NCBI GenBank assembly: GCA_002633005.1
Contig: NMRA01000059.1
Span: 895,150 to 959,149, forward strand
Direction of reading: 5' to 3'
From: Phoronis australis
Taxonomy: Eukaryota; Animalia; Phoronida
Length of the DNA: 64,000 nucleotides
In this document: positions 63,508-64,000 of the stretch, piece after piece
Numbering within the stretch: position 1 is the first letter of the stretch
Layout of the letters: the number at the start of each line of letters is the position of its first letter
Made by a program: the position numbers and the translations under genes
Notes under the pieces: generated by a model
Databases searched by the model: none
Told to the model about the DNA's origin: nothing
Seen by the model: only the letters and a program-made list of their open reading frames with translations

Positions 63508-63596
63508 GTGTTTTCGGCTCTCGTCGTCTTGCAATATCTGAAACTTGTCTCTATTGAACCATTCCGACCACCAAGGTACAGTCGTTTGTGTCTCTG
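63508..63596 (-). CDS. Penultimate exon of the WxxW-domain protein (gene continues beyond the window)
   Basis: tgtag|ETQTTVPWWSEWFNRDKFQILQDDESRKH|gtgcgt; WSEWFNRD signature, in phase with the terminal exon. Confidence 0.8.
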
Positions 63597-63704
63597 CTAC
63601 AAAAGTAAACAAGTAGCACCAAGTCTTCAACACAGTACTCCAAGTATTATTAACTATACAGTACTTTAGACATTACAAATTTCATGAGATTAAATATTCA
63701 CTGA

Positions 63705-63850
63705 ATATTTTGGTTAACCTTCAAAAGCTTTTGATGTGATTCATCGGCAAATGTTTTTAAGGCATTCACAATTTTCATTGCCTTCTATGAATGTTTTTGG
63801 TTAACCTTTCAAAAGCTTTTGATGTGATTCAGCGTCAATAGTTTTTAAGA
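63705..63850 (+). repeat. Tandemly duplicated short fragment resembling a LINE RT motif
   Basis: ttttggttaacct(t)tcaaaagcttttgatgtgattca x2; translates to KAFDVIH. Confidence 0.5.
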
Positions 63851-64000
63851 GCAATATAACCAGCTACCTTTCTCCAATTAAAAGTGTTACGCAATGTACA
63901 ATATTTTTACGTAGGACCCTAGAAAAATGTTCAAATTCGGCTAACTTAGGAACATCGTTTCTCAAGCTGATCTTTGGCTGATCAGATTTGTATGAAACTT

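Overview
AT-rich, intron-containing animal genomic DNA, most likely an invertebrate in a gapped short-read assembly; it is not a prokaryotic window. I can support three protein-coding genes. (1) An intronless RING-CH/MARCH-type membrane E3 ligase (8289-9263, +). (2) A complete Werner syndrome RecQ helicase (WRN; 22 coding exons, 55018 to 30145, minus strand, about 1025 aa by my hand splice reconstruction, all junctions GT-AG and in frame). It has helicase, RQC, HRDC, HTH and C-terminal Ku-binding motifs but no recognisable N-terminal exonuclease. (3) The last two exons of a Mucin2/CILP WxxW-domain gene (minus strand, 62052-63596). The rest is mostly transposon relics: Kolobok elements (TTAA target sites, THAP and KolX-like remnants), Harbinger-like and hAT-like MITEs, a tRNA-derived SINE, LINE 3' fragments, a Crypton-like hairpin element and a probable minimal hammerhead. 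A 2.3-kb tandem duplication at 1076-5738 is probably two haplotypes assembled side by side. The most intriguing signal is at the WRN 5' end. Its putative promoter lies between two inverted, diverged copies of a dead zinc-finger-like coding sequence, and one copy appears to serve as the WRN 5'UTR exon where the exonuclease exons would normally be. All calls were made by eye and no database searches were run.
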